A stretch of DNA of 28,017 nucleotides from Tubiluchus corallicola (GCA_030141605.1 JAQGDQ010001721.1:1-28017); one strand, 5' to 3'; positions 1-11,090 are shown, numbered from the stretch's first letter. The notes: generated from the sequence alone by a model not told the origin. Numbers and translations: made by a program.

Positions 1-461
1 AAATAAACAAGATTAAGTCACCATGGCATTGAAATGTGTCAGTGACTGAGAAAACATTTGCTAAGGTGACACGTTTACATCCATCATACATTACAATCAT
101 TTTTAACGTATCGCAAAACTTGAAACATAAACCCGGTGACTTACGAGTCACTGCCTGCTAAAGCCAAAAGATTTTCCTAACGTGTAGATGTAGCAAAATT
201 CATGCGCATGATATCATGATATTATGATATAAGATTACTTAAGAATTCTGTAAAAGGTTACGCCAACTGACAGTTATTGCTTATAAATTTCTTTTTGTCT
301 CTTCGGCTAAGAATTTTGTATAAAGCAAGAAAAACTTGTAGTTAAAGCGTCAGTAACAAAAGCAAGTTTTCCAGTATTCGTTACAGTTGCGTGAAATTGT
401 AGTCAATGTTACAACATTTTTGAAATAAGTCCCTTCTTTGTGTATTAAACACTAGCACTGA

Positions 462-923
462 CAGGCCCCATTTCAGGGGGAGCAGGGATACTTCCCCGGG
501 GCCTCACCTTCTAGGGGGGCCTCGTGCCGAGGTAACATTTTTTTTGCTTTATGCGAACATACTGCCTCCTCTTTCCCTCTCTCTCGTGCCGCACGCGCGC
601 CGTATGCCTTGTGCGGCTCGGTGCCGATGTTCAGCTGTTTTCAATTTCGGAATTTCTAACGCCGGCTTGTACGGAAGTGAGAGTACGGTATTACATATTG
701 CAAAGATGTTGTTTTTGATTTGACTATTTGACAAGTATTAGGGACTGGTCTTGAGAATAAAGCAGTTTTTCTTTCAATTGTTCTTTCCTTTAATAACTGT
801 ACAACTCCATATTTTCTCTTCGAAAATGCTTCTCCGGCATTCTAGCAGTTCAACCATGGTTCCCCGAGGGGGGCCTCACACACCCCACTTCCCCGGGCCT
901 CGCTTAGGCTGAAATAGGCCCCG
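462..923. mobile_element. hAT-type MITE
   Basis: Imperfect TIRs CAGGCCCCATTTCAG / CTGAAATAGGCCCCG; 8-bp TSD AGCACTGA / AGCACAGA (7/8); GC-rich subterminal GGGGCCTC motifs. Confidence 0.75.
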
Positions 924-1158
924 AGCACAGAGATATAACTACTAAGCTATTCCTGGTTATGTTTTAATTTGTGATGACGCTGTTAAAGTGTCGGTTAACA
1001 ATTTTGGATGTGCATCATTATTTTTTGATTATGACAACAGTATTGAAGATCATTAGAAATGTAACTCAATTGTGTCTTGATGTCACGTCTTATTTGGTGT
1101 TTTTATTTTAAGAGACTGTTGGCTGGCCATTATTGGTCTTCTATATTATAATTACTTT

Positions 1159-1420
1159 TGTAGCAGACTTAGCTTCTTTTGTTAATCTTGCTTACAAATT
1201 CGTGCACGAGGCGCCATCTGTGGCGGGAATGTAAAGCTTTTGGTTTTGGCCAGTTTTTCAGTTTTGTTAGCTGCTAGTCACCTGTCTGTTTTATTCACCT
1301 GTGCTCTGAACAGTCAGGTTAATCCACTTTATGGGATATGTGAGACATTTATGTACTTATTACGTTGCAATAAAGCATTCAGTGGTATTAACCTCTGTTG
1401 ACAGTGTTTCTGTGATTACA
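1159..1420 (+). mobile_element. Probable solo LTR (262 bp)
   Basis: TGTA...TACA ends, exact 5-bp flanking direct repeat ACTTT (1154-1158, 1421-1425), AATAAA at 1369. Confidence 0.55.
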
Positions 1421-1543
1421 ACTTTATTCCCGAAATTACCTTTAGGAGTACTTTTTGTTCTCAGGTATGAGAAGTTAGGAATTTCCGTGTCCATTTCCAT
1501 GCACAGTGCTTAGGTCTTCTCTGTTTTTTAGTATTTTATTGTA

Positions 1544-1925
1544 AAGTGACAGATTTAGGGGGTTCGACCCACCCTTTTAGTAGTAGCAGTTACAGCACAC
1601 CAAGTGAATGTTTTCTCTGGATTATAAGCTTTAGAACGTTTACTGGTGGCTTTTAATGACTTATATCGATATGACCAGATGGTATATAAGACTCAAAGCG
1701 GTGGAATTTAAGCGTATGTAACAATTTACTAGTATGTTGGTGTGTAATTAAGAGTCAAAAGTTTGAGGGGACATAATGAGTTTTAAACTATCGAATTTGC
1801 TTGAGGAAATAGTAAGAAAAATGGTCTAGAATGCAGTAAATGACATTGGTAGCCGGGGTTCCCTAGACTCCCTAGCTGCGTTTTCGTTGGGCCCACCCTT
1901 TTTCTAAAGCCTGTGTCTGCCTCTG
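1544..1925. mobile_element. Degenerate MITE
   Basis: Decayed inverted ends (AGTGACAGATTTAGG / CCTGTGTCTGCCTCT) with CCCACCCTTTT near both ends; no clean TSD. Confidence 0.35.
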
Positions 1926-1947
1926 TTGTACTTGTTCTTTCTTCCAG

Positions 1948-2019
1948 GTTGGATGTGGAGCAATTGGTTGTGAGATGCTGAAGAATTTTGCAATGCTCGG
2001 ATTGGGCACTAAAGGTTTG
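1948..2019 (+). CDS. UBA6: UBA6 exon (window exon 1): VGCGAIGCEMLKNFAMLGLGTKGL, ATP-binding GxGxxG
   Basis: ttccag|GTT...TTG|gtaagt; 72 nt, phase 0/0. Confidence 0.95.
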
Positions 2020-2058
2020 GTAAGTTAAAGCTTGTCGTTCTACTCAGATTTTAAGTTT

Positions 2059-2585
2059 CAGGGATGAGAATTTTCTGTGGATACGCGGAATTCCGAGTTT
2101 TTGGAAGACCAGTAGTGCCATTTTTGTAAATCTTGTAAATTCGTTGAGAAAATTTTTACGGAGCCAATACATTATTTCACAAACTGACCGCTAGTTGGCA
2201 GGCCGTCACTTTGTTTACATCATGTACATCAGTGTAACCACATGTATATCTCTATGTATAAAAATATAGAATCAATTGTGCGAAGTTATTTGACTCAATT
2301 GCAGACAGTTTTTATATACTTTTGCATAGGAGCGGCCAGTACTTAGGCATTTTTGAGACAATTAGGTAGCATGTATCCTTGATAGTTGGGTATTTTAAAT
2401 TATGCATGAAACAAGGCAACTGATAATTTAAGTCCACTTAGAGAGGCTCTCTATGGTCACAAAATTGAAATTTGTTGCTAGCTGCAAGGGGGGCTTTGTC
2501 CCTTTGAACCCCCACGGTGGTCTACGCAGCCCCCAACCCCCCGGCCTGTTTCAGAGTTTTTTGCAATTTGTCATTCTCATCCCTG
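2059..2585. mobile_element. MITE family A, copy 1
   Basis: Perfect 13-bp TIR CAGGGATGAGAAT; AAGTTT on both flanks; highly similar to 24022-24514. Confidence 0.85.
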
Positions 2586-2741
2586 AAGTTTTACACTTCA
2601 CACGGCATTTGTGGCAGTCAGCCACTGACATCTTTGCAAGATTTGAACTCATTTGTAACTGATTAAAAACGCTGTATCTTTTTTAACCGTTCTCCATTTA
2701 GCAAACTGGGATTCTATGCTCATGTATAAGTATATATAATA

Positions 2742-3218
2742 CAGTCATACCTCCGTTGTCAAATGTCTCCGTACTCGTATAAATCGGTTTTCGACCAGAA
2801 AATTCGAGTTGAAATTTTGTCCGCTCTCGGTGCACGGTGAGCTGAGTAGGGCAGAACATAACCGACCCCGCCCGAGAGTAGTCACACACAACATTTGAAT
2901 CGCCCAACAACTTATCTTATGTATGCCATCACACTGCTACTAACACACAAGGTTTTTCGTACAGGAATAATTATGTTTTTCTTTCTAAGTAATTCTATTA
3001 TGTTTTTCTTATCAATTATATCATATCTACTGTTTGAATAAACATTTTTGCATTATTATATTTCATTTTAGTAATACTTTACAGTTCATTTGGTGCTTGA
3101 GAATGGATTATTTGCTTTTACATTATTTCTTATGGGAATAAATGATTCGGTTCTCTACGAAATCGGTTTTCAAACACTTTTTAGGAACGAATTCTGGTCG
3201 AAAACAGAGGTACTACTG
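2742..3218. mobile_element. pogo/Tigger-like MITE
   Basis: TA|CAGTCATACCTC ... GAGGTACTACTG|TA; internal inverted TTTTCGACCAGAA / TTCTGGTCGAAAA. Confidence 0.75.
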
Positions 3219-3327
3219 TATTAATATTTGAATATAGGAATTCGGTTCATTATTAGAGATTATCTTTCAAAATGAGGTACTGAAGCTGGCAGAAATATAT
3301 TAGCCATTTTTGGGCATGATCTTGTCT

Positions 3328-3543
3328 GGTCTGAATTTGGTAAATAACCGGACAGTATGGTACGTAGTGACCACTCAGCCATGGATCCTACCTATAAGTA
3401 AGCTGTTTCTGTCAACAATTTCATTTATGGCATTTATGGTCTGAATTCGGTAAATCACTGGGCAGTATGGCACATACATAGTGACCACTCAGCCATGGAT
3501 CCTACCTATAAGTAAGCTGTTTTTGTCAACAATTTCATTTATG
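3328..3543. repeat. Tandem duplication, ~110-bp unit x2
   Basis: GGTCTGAATT...TCAACAATTTCATTTATG repeated at 3328 and 3438. Confidence 0.9.
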
Positions 3544-3591
3544 TCATATGTTGGACATTAAATGGACAGTCACAATTGTGTTTACCTGTAG

Positions 3592-3669
3592 GTCACTATT
3601 ACTGACCATGACCTGATCGAGAAGTCCAACCTGAATCGACAGTTTCTCTTTCGTTCAGAGCACATACAG
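3592..3669 (+). CDS. UBA6: UBA6 exon 2: VTITDHDLIEKSNLNRQFLFRSEHIQ
   Basis: ctgtag|GTC...CAG|gtatgg; 78 nt; E1 signature SNLNRQFLF. Confidence 0.95.
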
Positions 3670-4710
3670 GTATGGAAACACTTTCTCATCTTTATGCTGT
3701 TTTTGTGAGTGCTGTATTTTTGGATAAACTTCTAAACTTCTTTTGTTTTTTGAACAGGTTTTTTGTTCGTAACTTTTTTTATTTATGCACTTGCAAACCA
3801 AAACCGTCCATAAGTCGGCTGTCGCTTATTGTACCGAGTACGCTATCGTAGTATTATGTGATGCATTTAATTGTCAGTCTACAGTAAAGTACTGAATTAG
3901 TCTATGCTGCCATCTACAGTCGTTCTTTTACTCTAATTGTACAAAGTTTGTTAGAGATTGATTTTTGTTTCTAAATATTGTTTCCTTTTGTTTTGATTGA
4001 GATATTCATTATTCAGAGTAATTAGGTTGTTAATTTCATGCTTTAATTCTGGTTCTAACTCTCTTATTCAAATTTAAATAGAGAAAAATTATAACATTAT
4101 AACACAGCTTTCTGTAAACCAGTAATCTTTATTCTGCTATCAAAGAAGCCAAGTAGACTTTGATTTTGGTTTAACTAGTAGTCTGTAGAGTATAGGTGAC
4201 TTTTCCTTTTATGGTCTGTATGCATGAATTTAATGTACCTTCCAATAGGAACTTGTATGTCTGGTCATGTGATTAGAGCTTTATTCTCTCAGGCGTGCAA
4301 GTTTTTATGGCAACGAAACAAGTTATACAGTTATTCTACATTCCACAATCATCTGTGAACATTGTATACGTTTTACAATAAAAATGATTGCAAATTTCTA
4401 CTGGCATAGTTAAAACTATGTTATGATGCTTCAAAGTAGAATGCACCAAAATTTTGGTCAAATGTAAATTTTTCGTATTTTATAAAAACCAACAGTAAAT
4501 ATATTGGACTTTCGTATTCTAGCATTAGATTATCAAGAAAGTGCTCAAAAACACTAAAAATTTAATTTTATAACTCCTTACCCACTTTTCTGTCTAAAAA
4601 CTATTAATTAAACTAAATTAATTGCACAAAATTTTAATTAAACTGCAGCTAAATTGCTTGCTGCTTCAAACGTTTTAATGATACGGAATGTGTGTGGTTG
4701 AAGTGCTGAA

Positions 4711-4797
4711 TTATTCGAATCTATAATTTTAGGTTCGAATCGAATTTGAACTAAAAAACTCGTTCGAATCGAATTCGAACGTTCGATGCTCGCCCTA
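4711..4797. mobile_element. Possible terminal fragment of a DNA transposon with clustered TTCGAA subterminal repeats
   Basis: Multiple TTCGAA palindromes ending in GCTCGCCCTA; other end not found. Confidence 0.35.
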
Positions 4798-4951
4798 CTG
4801 TCATTATAAAATTAATGAAATTAACAAAATTATTTAAATTAACTGCAAATTAGATATTAAATTGGAACAAACAAACAAGATAGCTTTACAAGCTTATATG
4901 CCCAACTGACATGATCTTAGAAGATCGTAACCAGTTTTTTTTTCGTTTCAG

Positions 4952-5030
4952 AAATCTAAAAGCGTTGTATCTGGACTCGCCGCGCAACAGATCAACCCCC
5001 AGTTGCAAATCTTAGCTCAACAGCACAAAG
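4952..5030 (+). CDS. UBA6: UBA6 exon 3: KSKSVVSGLAAQQINPQLQILAQQHK(V)
   Basis: tttcag|AAA...AAAG|gtagac; 79 nt, ends phase 1 and joins exon 4 in frame. Confidence 0.88.
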
Positions 5031-5272
5031 GTAGACAAGTTAGGTCCGCACGTGTTTTACGTTATCGGTCGACTATTGATTTTGTATCATAAAATCGGCA
5101 AAAGATTACAGATAGAACAAGATTAGTCGCTGATGAATTCCAGTCAATCATCTTGCACCCATGTTGTGTAACCGCCCTCTTTCTGTAGATTTCGTAAAAA
5201 CTTTTATTTTTTTCTCATTTTTTGAGCGGCAGTCTTAGTATTGTTATACGTGAATTCATTGCAAGGTTATTA

Positions 5273-5615
5273 CAGTCAACCTCGGATATAAGGGATGCCT
5301 CCGGACCCGCAAAAATCATCCGCTATATCCGATGTCCCTTATAGTTGAAGTTGAGTCAGACCGAGGATGTATCTAGACCTGTATTTTTCTTTACTTTTTC
5401 ATAGCGTCCCTTGTATGCAAGGTAATTTACCCGGTTTCTATTACGCAGGACTTGAATATATCGTCCCTTATAACCGAATGTCTCTTATAAGCGAGTACCT
5501 TATATATGAAGATTTTTACATAGGAAAAATGTTACAAAAAATCGGGACCGGTGTTGGTGATCTCTTATAAACGAGTGTCCCTTATAAGGGATTACCTTAT
5601 ACCCAAGATTGACTG
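5273..5615. mobile_element. pogo/Tigger-like MITE, with a partial duplicate of its right part at ~5642-5714
   Basis: TA|CAGTCAACCTCGGATATAAGG ... CCTTATACCCAAGATTGACTG|TA. Confidence 0.85.
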
Positions 5616-5763
5616 TACTATGTTTTTTTTTCACAAGCTATCCGAGTACCTTACACACGAAGATTTTTACATAGGAAAAACGTTACGAAAAATCGAGTAC
5701 CGAGGTTGAGTGTATGTAAAAAAATTCTGTAGGAAATAATAATCTTACTGTTTCTTTTTGTAG

Positions 5764-5866
5764 TTTGTCCTCAAATGGAACATATTTATTCAGACGAGTT
5801 CTTCAGAAATCAGGAACTTTTGATAAATGCTGTTGACAACGTGGACGCACGGCGATACATGGACAG
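5764..5866 (+). CDS. UBA6: UBA6 exon 4: (V)[33 protein letters not shown](S)
   Basis: ttgtag|TT...GACAG|gtaact; 103 nt; AxDNVxARRY motif. Confidence 0.95.
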
Positions 5867-6180
5867 GTAACTAAATAGTGACCAGGTAGACAGAGCCAGA
5901 TTATGACCTTTTAGGAACCTTGGCTACCTAAAATATAGGGCCCTCACACGGTGCTGCCCTCTATCTGGACAGGTAATTAATCAATGACCAGGTAGACAGA
6001 GTCGAATTATGACCTTTTACGAACCTTGGCTACTGAAAATATAGGGCCCCTCACAAGGTGCTGCCCTCTATCTGGACAGGTAATTAAACAATGACCAGGT
6101 AGACAGAGTCGGATTATGACCTTTTACGAACCTTGACTACTGAAAATATAGGGCCCCTCACAAGGTGCTGCCCTCTATCT
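5860..6180. repeat. Tandem repeat, 106-107-bp unit x3, starting in the last bases of exon 4
   Basis: TGGACAGGTAA...GCTGCCCTCTATC units start at 5860, 5966, 6073. Confidence 0.92.
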
Positions 6181-6306
6181 TGTCTTCACCCCTCTTGAGT
6201 ATTTTTTACTCCTGATATATTTTAACGACATTTACATAGTGAAAAACTTATTGTAAATTCTTTTAATAAACTGGAATAGCTTTTGTTTGTCAATTTTTAT
6301 TTATTT

Positions 6307-6385
<79 letters not shown>

Positions 6386-7113
6386 TCACATGCAGTACAA
6401 TATAATGACATTAAGCACACAGTGACATCAAAATTATTACATCTACTGTATTAAATTGTTATGTTTCATACACTATCGTTATCATAAAAGATTAATTGTA
6501 CTGCAGTGGGCTAGAGAAGCAAAGGCTTGTATAAGCCCACTGTCATGTGAACCCGATAAAAAAAGAATGGATGAGTGAACAAAAAAAAGAACTGGGAAAA
6601 AGGTTAGATCACACAGGAAGGGTAGAAGGATGTGTTAGTGGAAATTGTAGGAAGAAAGATAATAGATTGCGCTATGTTGACATCAGCTCTAAAGATTTAT
6701 CAATGATGCCTTGTTTTGCATAATCTGTACCAGGATTGTGGTATGACTGTGGTATTAACAATAAAATATTCTTGAAGAAATACAACTATTTTACCATTTA
6801 TTGCAAACCAAATTAGCACATATTTTAATACAACCGTAGTGGAAAAATGAATTCTTTACCAAATGTTATAAAAGCTTGCGGATAGCATATTTTAAGGATA
6901 GCAGACTAGGTGACTTTATAGTCTTTTCGCTATCCTTTCTCTAGTTCTAGATCTATCTATACATACAACTTATTAGAGATTCTTTTATTAATCATGTTTT
7001 ATTGTAACACTATAAAGAGATAAATAAATTGAAATTGAATGGAATTGAAAATTGAGGGCCTTCAAGATTGAGGACCTACAGCCTATGCTAACTTATCGGA
7101 TAATCCGACCCTA
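5891..7113. mobile_element. hAT-type non-autonomous element; left end triplicated; nested microsatellite and LINE-tail fragments
   Basis: TIR CAGAGTCGGATTAT / ATAATCCGACCCTA; 8-bp TSD CAGGTAGA / CGGGTAGA. Confidence 0.65.
6299..6385. repeat. (ATT)n microsatellite, probably the tail of a minus-strand LINE remnant (~6386-6620)
   Basis: Direct reading; adjacent hairpin AGTGGGCT...AGCCCACT resembles non-LTR 3' ends. Confidence 0.8.
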
Positions 7114-7980
7114 CGGGTAGATAACTAATCGGCAGGCGTTAAAACATAATTAATTATGTGCCTTAAAGCAAAACCCAAGTTTCTCGGCAAGTTGAGCTTA
7201 TTTCAATATTTGGGGGAAAATGTTAGAAAGTTTCAGCAACAAAATTGTGATAAGCATCTCGTGTAATTAGTAAAATTAATGTAAAGTCGCCGACACTTCA
7301 CGCTTGGGCGTGCTTATTTTAGACGAAAATGATGTCATCCGGGATCCGTGCAGTATAAACACTTATCCCGCCAGGTGCTTCAGAATCTTTTTTTAACTTG
7401 CAGGGCGAATTCTATAAACTAAGTAACCCATTCGCTACTTACTATATGCTCGCAAGTTTATATGCGTATCTAAAAGTCAAGAAAAATCTGTAAATTAATT
7501 GTTTACACAATTAATGGTAATTACTTATATTTTTAAGGTGTAATCCTGTAGATTAAAGCAATGTAACCATTTAGATTTGATCATAATTGATGGAATGACT
7601 AATTTTTGGTTAAACACAACATTAGAATAACAGACCTTTTAAGCAAACTGTAGAAATTTCTCAACGCGTACCTTCACACAGCTTGCTTTCACGGTATTCA
7701 CGCTGCTCAGCATACGTCAACTTACATTATTTTTTATTAAATGTGCCGGCATCAACATTCGTTTGGCGGGAGATAAGAAATATTTAAATTTCTTTTACAA
7801 TTTTAAGCAAAGGATTCTATGCGCATATTTTGTATTGTAATTTGAATATTTTTAATTCTGCATTAAAATGCAATAAATGTTGTTCGAGGGTTAGTTCTTC
7901 CTTTAACTGTGACTTTGTATCTCAAGTAAGCTGATCTCTAATTTGTATAATGGACAGAAGATATTTTTGTTAAATTACAG

Positions 7981-8176
7981 TCGCTGTATCACGAACCTGC
8001 GTCCATTAATAGACTCTGGGACCCTGGGCAGTAAAGGTCACGTGCAGGTCATCGTGCCCCACCTCACAGAATCGTACACTAGTCAGCAGGATCCCGTAGA
8101 ACACGACATTCCGTATTGCACCGTAAAATCATTTCCAGCCGTGACGGAGCACACCATACAATGGGCTCGCGACAAG
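7981..8176 (+). CDS. UBA6: UBA6 exon 5 with catalytic Cys (TGC 8117-8119): [65 protein letters not shown]
   Basis: ttacag|T...AAG|gtaacg; 196 nt; inside ORF 7943..8263. Confidence 0.97.
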
Positions 8177-8664
8177 GTAACGGTTATTTCTTGCTTATAT
8201 TTTTTCATACTTATCACTCCATCTAAAGATCAGTGGCTTGTTTGTGATAAAGAGCTACAGTAGAAAACTGAATACGTATGAATGTAGGTCTAGAAAATAT
8301 GATTTTTTATAGGTGATCTACTAAAGCAAGACAAGGCCGAATTGTAACTGTGGATTTCGATTTTAGTCTGTTGAACACTTTTTGTTGCACTGCCCATTGT
8401 ATCAACAAACCATGGTTGTTATATTTGATAAGCTAAATGAAATACTTCTGCCCGAAAACCTTAATATAGCTGCCTTAGGAAATAATGATCTCTTGAAGTT
8501 GTTATTATTCGGAAAAGGTGAATTTAACTATGTTGCTAACTGTAAAATATTCCAATGTATACATGACTTTATATTACGTACTAAACGCTTCCAGTAGTTT
8601 CTATCTGATATGAAATGCATCATTCTTAAATATTCGTACATTAATATTTACTAACCGTCAGTTT

Positions 8665-8962
8665 TTACTAATGTCTAATGTAATATTGTAGTAAAACTTG
8701 TCAGCTTGTGTAGTTATAGTCTATTCTTACTGTAAATGTTACTAATGTCTAATGTAATCTTGTAGTAAAACTTGTCAGCTTGTGTAGTTATGGTCTATTC
8801 TTACTGTAAATGTTACTAATGTCTAATGTAATCTTGTAGTAAAACTTGTCAGCTTGTGTAGTTATGGTCTATTCTTACTGTAAATGTTACTAATGTCTAA
8901 TGTAATCTTGTAGTAAAACTTGTCAGCTTGTGTAGTTACAGTCAATTCTTACTGTAAATGTT
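8665..8962. repeat. Tandem repeat, 74-bp unit x4
   Basis: TTACTAATGTCTAATGTAAT...CTTACTGTAAATG at 8665, 8739, 8813, 8887. Confidence 0.95.
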
Positions 8963-9034
8963 CTTGTAAATAGTGTATAAAGTCTGTTGTGGTGAGGATC
9001 CTAAATCATGTTGTTCAAACTGTCTGATCCAATC

Positions 9035-9235
9035 CTATAATAAATTATGTTTAAACTGAAGCAAAACAAAGAATATGATTTCATTTCTCATGAAACAGGT
9101 GAAGTTGTAGTTAGTAGGAATGCAATTTTCTAGTAGTTGAGAATTCCACATATAAGCAGCCCGAGAGAAAAAGTAGGATTTATAAGCAGTTGTTTTGCAT
9201 TTAGAAATTTCCAATGGAAACTCCACTTCATTTCG
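9035..9235 (-). mobile_element. Decayed non-LTR retrotransposon ORF2 C-terminal fragment
   Basis: Translation KCKTTAYKSYFFSRAAYMWNS...PTNYNFTCF resembles the T..Y..SFF.R...WN.L...P..YN...FK end of CR1/Jockey-type ORF2. Confidence 0.5.
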
Positions 9236-9467
9236 TGCGTAAATTGATTATTTTTATTGATTGATTGATTATTGATTATTTTGTCAATTTGTATGATCAT
9301 TTAATAGACACTAGATGTGTCAAAATATTAGCAAAGATGTAATACTTTTTGGGAGTATCTGTTTGTGTCACTTTCTTACGCTTGAAATGACTTAAAGATT
9401 TACAGAAGTATTATTGCCTTTGGCATGCATGATTTTGCATAAACAATTTGATATGTTAGTAACAGTA

Positions 9468-9959
9468 CTGGCCACTGGGGGGGGGAGGCAGTCCAGCCCA
9501 ACTCAGTGCCGGTCCCAAGTCCGGATAAATAGGGAGGGTTAGGGTCAGGAAGGGCATCCGCCTGTAAAAACTGCGCCAAAACCTTCTATGAATGAGTCGG
9601 TGAGACTTAAAGGGAAAGTCCACAAAGAAGTGGTCAGACCCGCTCTAATCTATGGGCTGGAAGCAGCTTCTCTAAAGAAGACCGAAGAGAAGAAAATGGG
9701 TGTGGTGGAGATGAGGATGTTGAGATGGATGGTGGGAATAACAAGAAGAGATAAAATTAGAAATAATAATATCAGAGGAACAGTAAAAGTAGTGGAAGCC
9801 TCGCAAGATTACGATGGTATGGACACCTGAAAAGAAGAGTCGGTGAAGATCATGTGGGAAGGGAAGACATAAATGAAGAGATGGTCAACAACAGGAATGC
9901 GTGGAGAAGACTCATTCACAACGGCGACCCCGAATAGGGAAAAGCTGGGAAGAAGAAGA
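9468..9959 (+). mobile_element. Internally deleted RTE-clade (Expander/Rex3-like) retroelement: 5' UTR segment joined to 3' ORF remnant and (GAA)n tail
   Basis: 5'UTR-type motif CCCAAGTCCGGATAAATAGGGAGGGTT..GTCAGGAAGGGCATCCG; ORF remnant LKGKVHKEVVRPALIYG..EMRMLRWMVGITRRDKIRN..IRG; tail GAAGAAGAAGA; TSD AGTAACAGTA at 9458-9467 and 9960-9969. Confidence 0.85.
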
Positions 9960-10445
9960 AGTAACAGTAAAACTAACAGAGCCTGCGCTTTCAAAAAAAT
10001 TATCCGTAATATCCATGTAGTTATTAACTTTATTATTTTTTGTTTTCAGTTCTTTTTGGATAATTTGTATCATTTATACTGTTTTTATTATTATATTTTT
10101 CTTATTTGTTTTTGTTTTTGTTATCTGCAGCATCACCGTTAATTTTTAATATGCTAATCTATTTATAAGAAAGGGCAGGAGACTAGATGACTCTATGGTC
10201 CTTCCCTGCCCTGCTCCATGATTATAATTACTTAATATTTAAAAAAACTTTTGATGTTAAACTAATTGGAGAAAATAAATGTTCTATGTCTATGTCTTAT
10301 GTGCTTTCCCAAATTCATTAAAAAAACATTTTTTTATTTTTTAATTCATAGACATTTCGTACCCACTTGGAATTACGGAATATTTTGCTTTGCCACTACA
10401 GATTTCGGTTTGGCTTCGTATTGCTCAGTTTTTTTTTTGTTTCAG

Positions 10446-10652
10446 TTTGAGAGCTCGTTTTGTATGAAACCAGCCCTGTTTAATCAATTTTGGAGGGACA
10501 CCTCTCCGTCCAAGCTGTTCGAGCGGTTACGACGGGGCGAGACTGTGAATAATTTAACGCAAGCGCTAAAGATTACCTTATGCCGTCCGTCCACCTGGGC
10601 TGATTGCGTCACTGTAGCCAGATTAAAGTTTGAAAAATACTTTAATCACAAG
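10446..10652 (+). CDS. UBA6: UBA6 exon 6 (SCCH domain): FESSFCMKPALFNQFW...ARLKFEKYFNHK
   Basis: tttcag|TTT...AAG|gtagga; 207 nt; inside ORF 10266..10664. Confidence 0.96.
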
Positions 10653-10698
10653 GTAGGATTTTAAAGTTGGAAAACTAATTTAGTGATATGAACTATTA

Positions 10699-10825
10699 CA
10701 GTCAACCTCGGATATAAGGGACACCTCGGGACCAGAAAAAACCGTCCCTTATATCCGATGTCTCTTATAGCCAAAGTTGAGTCAGACCGAGGGTGTATCT
10801 AGACCTGCACTTTTCTGTTCTTTTA
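10699..10825. mobile_element. Truncated copy (left end) of the MITE at 5273-5615
   Basis: TA|CAGTCAACCTCGGATATAAGGGA...GAGTCAGACCGAGG..GTATCTAGACCTG matches 5273-5400. Confidence 0.85.
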
Positions 10826-11090
10826 CCCATATTTTTATACAGATTTTTCATTATTTACAAATTTTATGCAGATATATTAATCAGAATTTGTATAATGCGT
10901 ATTAATCTCAGTGTATATTAACTGTTTTGTACTTGTTGAAGGATAATAAAATGGTAATTAATATTTTTTTCTTAATTTTACCAACAAACATGTTATGCTT
11001 AAATTTTTTATACACTATATACGTGGTAATTTGTTTGTTCACTGTTTTTATGCATTGCTCTTTTAATAACGGTTTGGTATTTGCCATATA

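Noticed and set aside
1655-1711. Possible upstream UBA6 exon (RYD motif in CGATATGACCAG)
   Set aside because: In-frame stop follows shortly, no further similarity, and it lies inside a decayed repeat.
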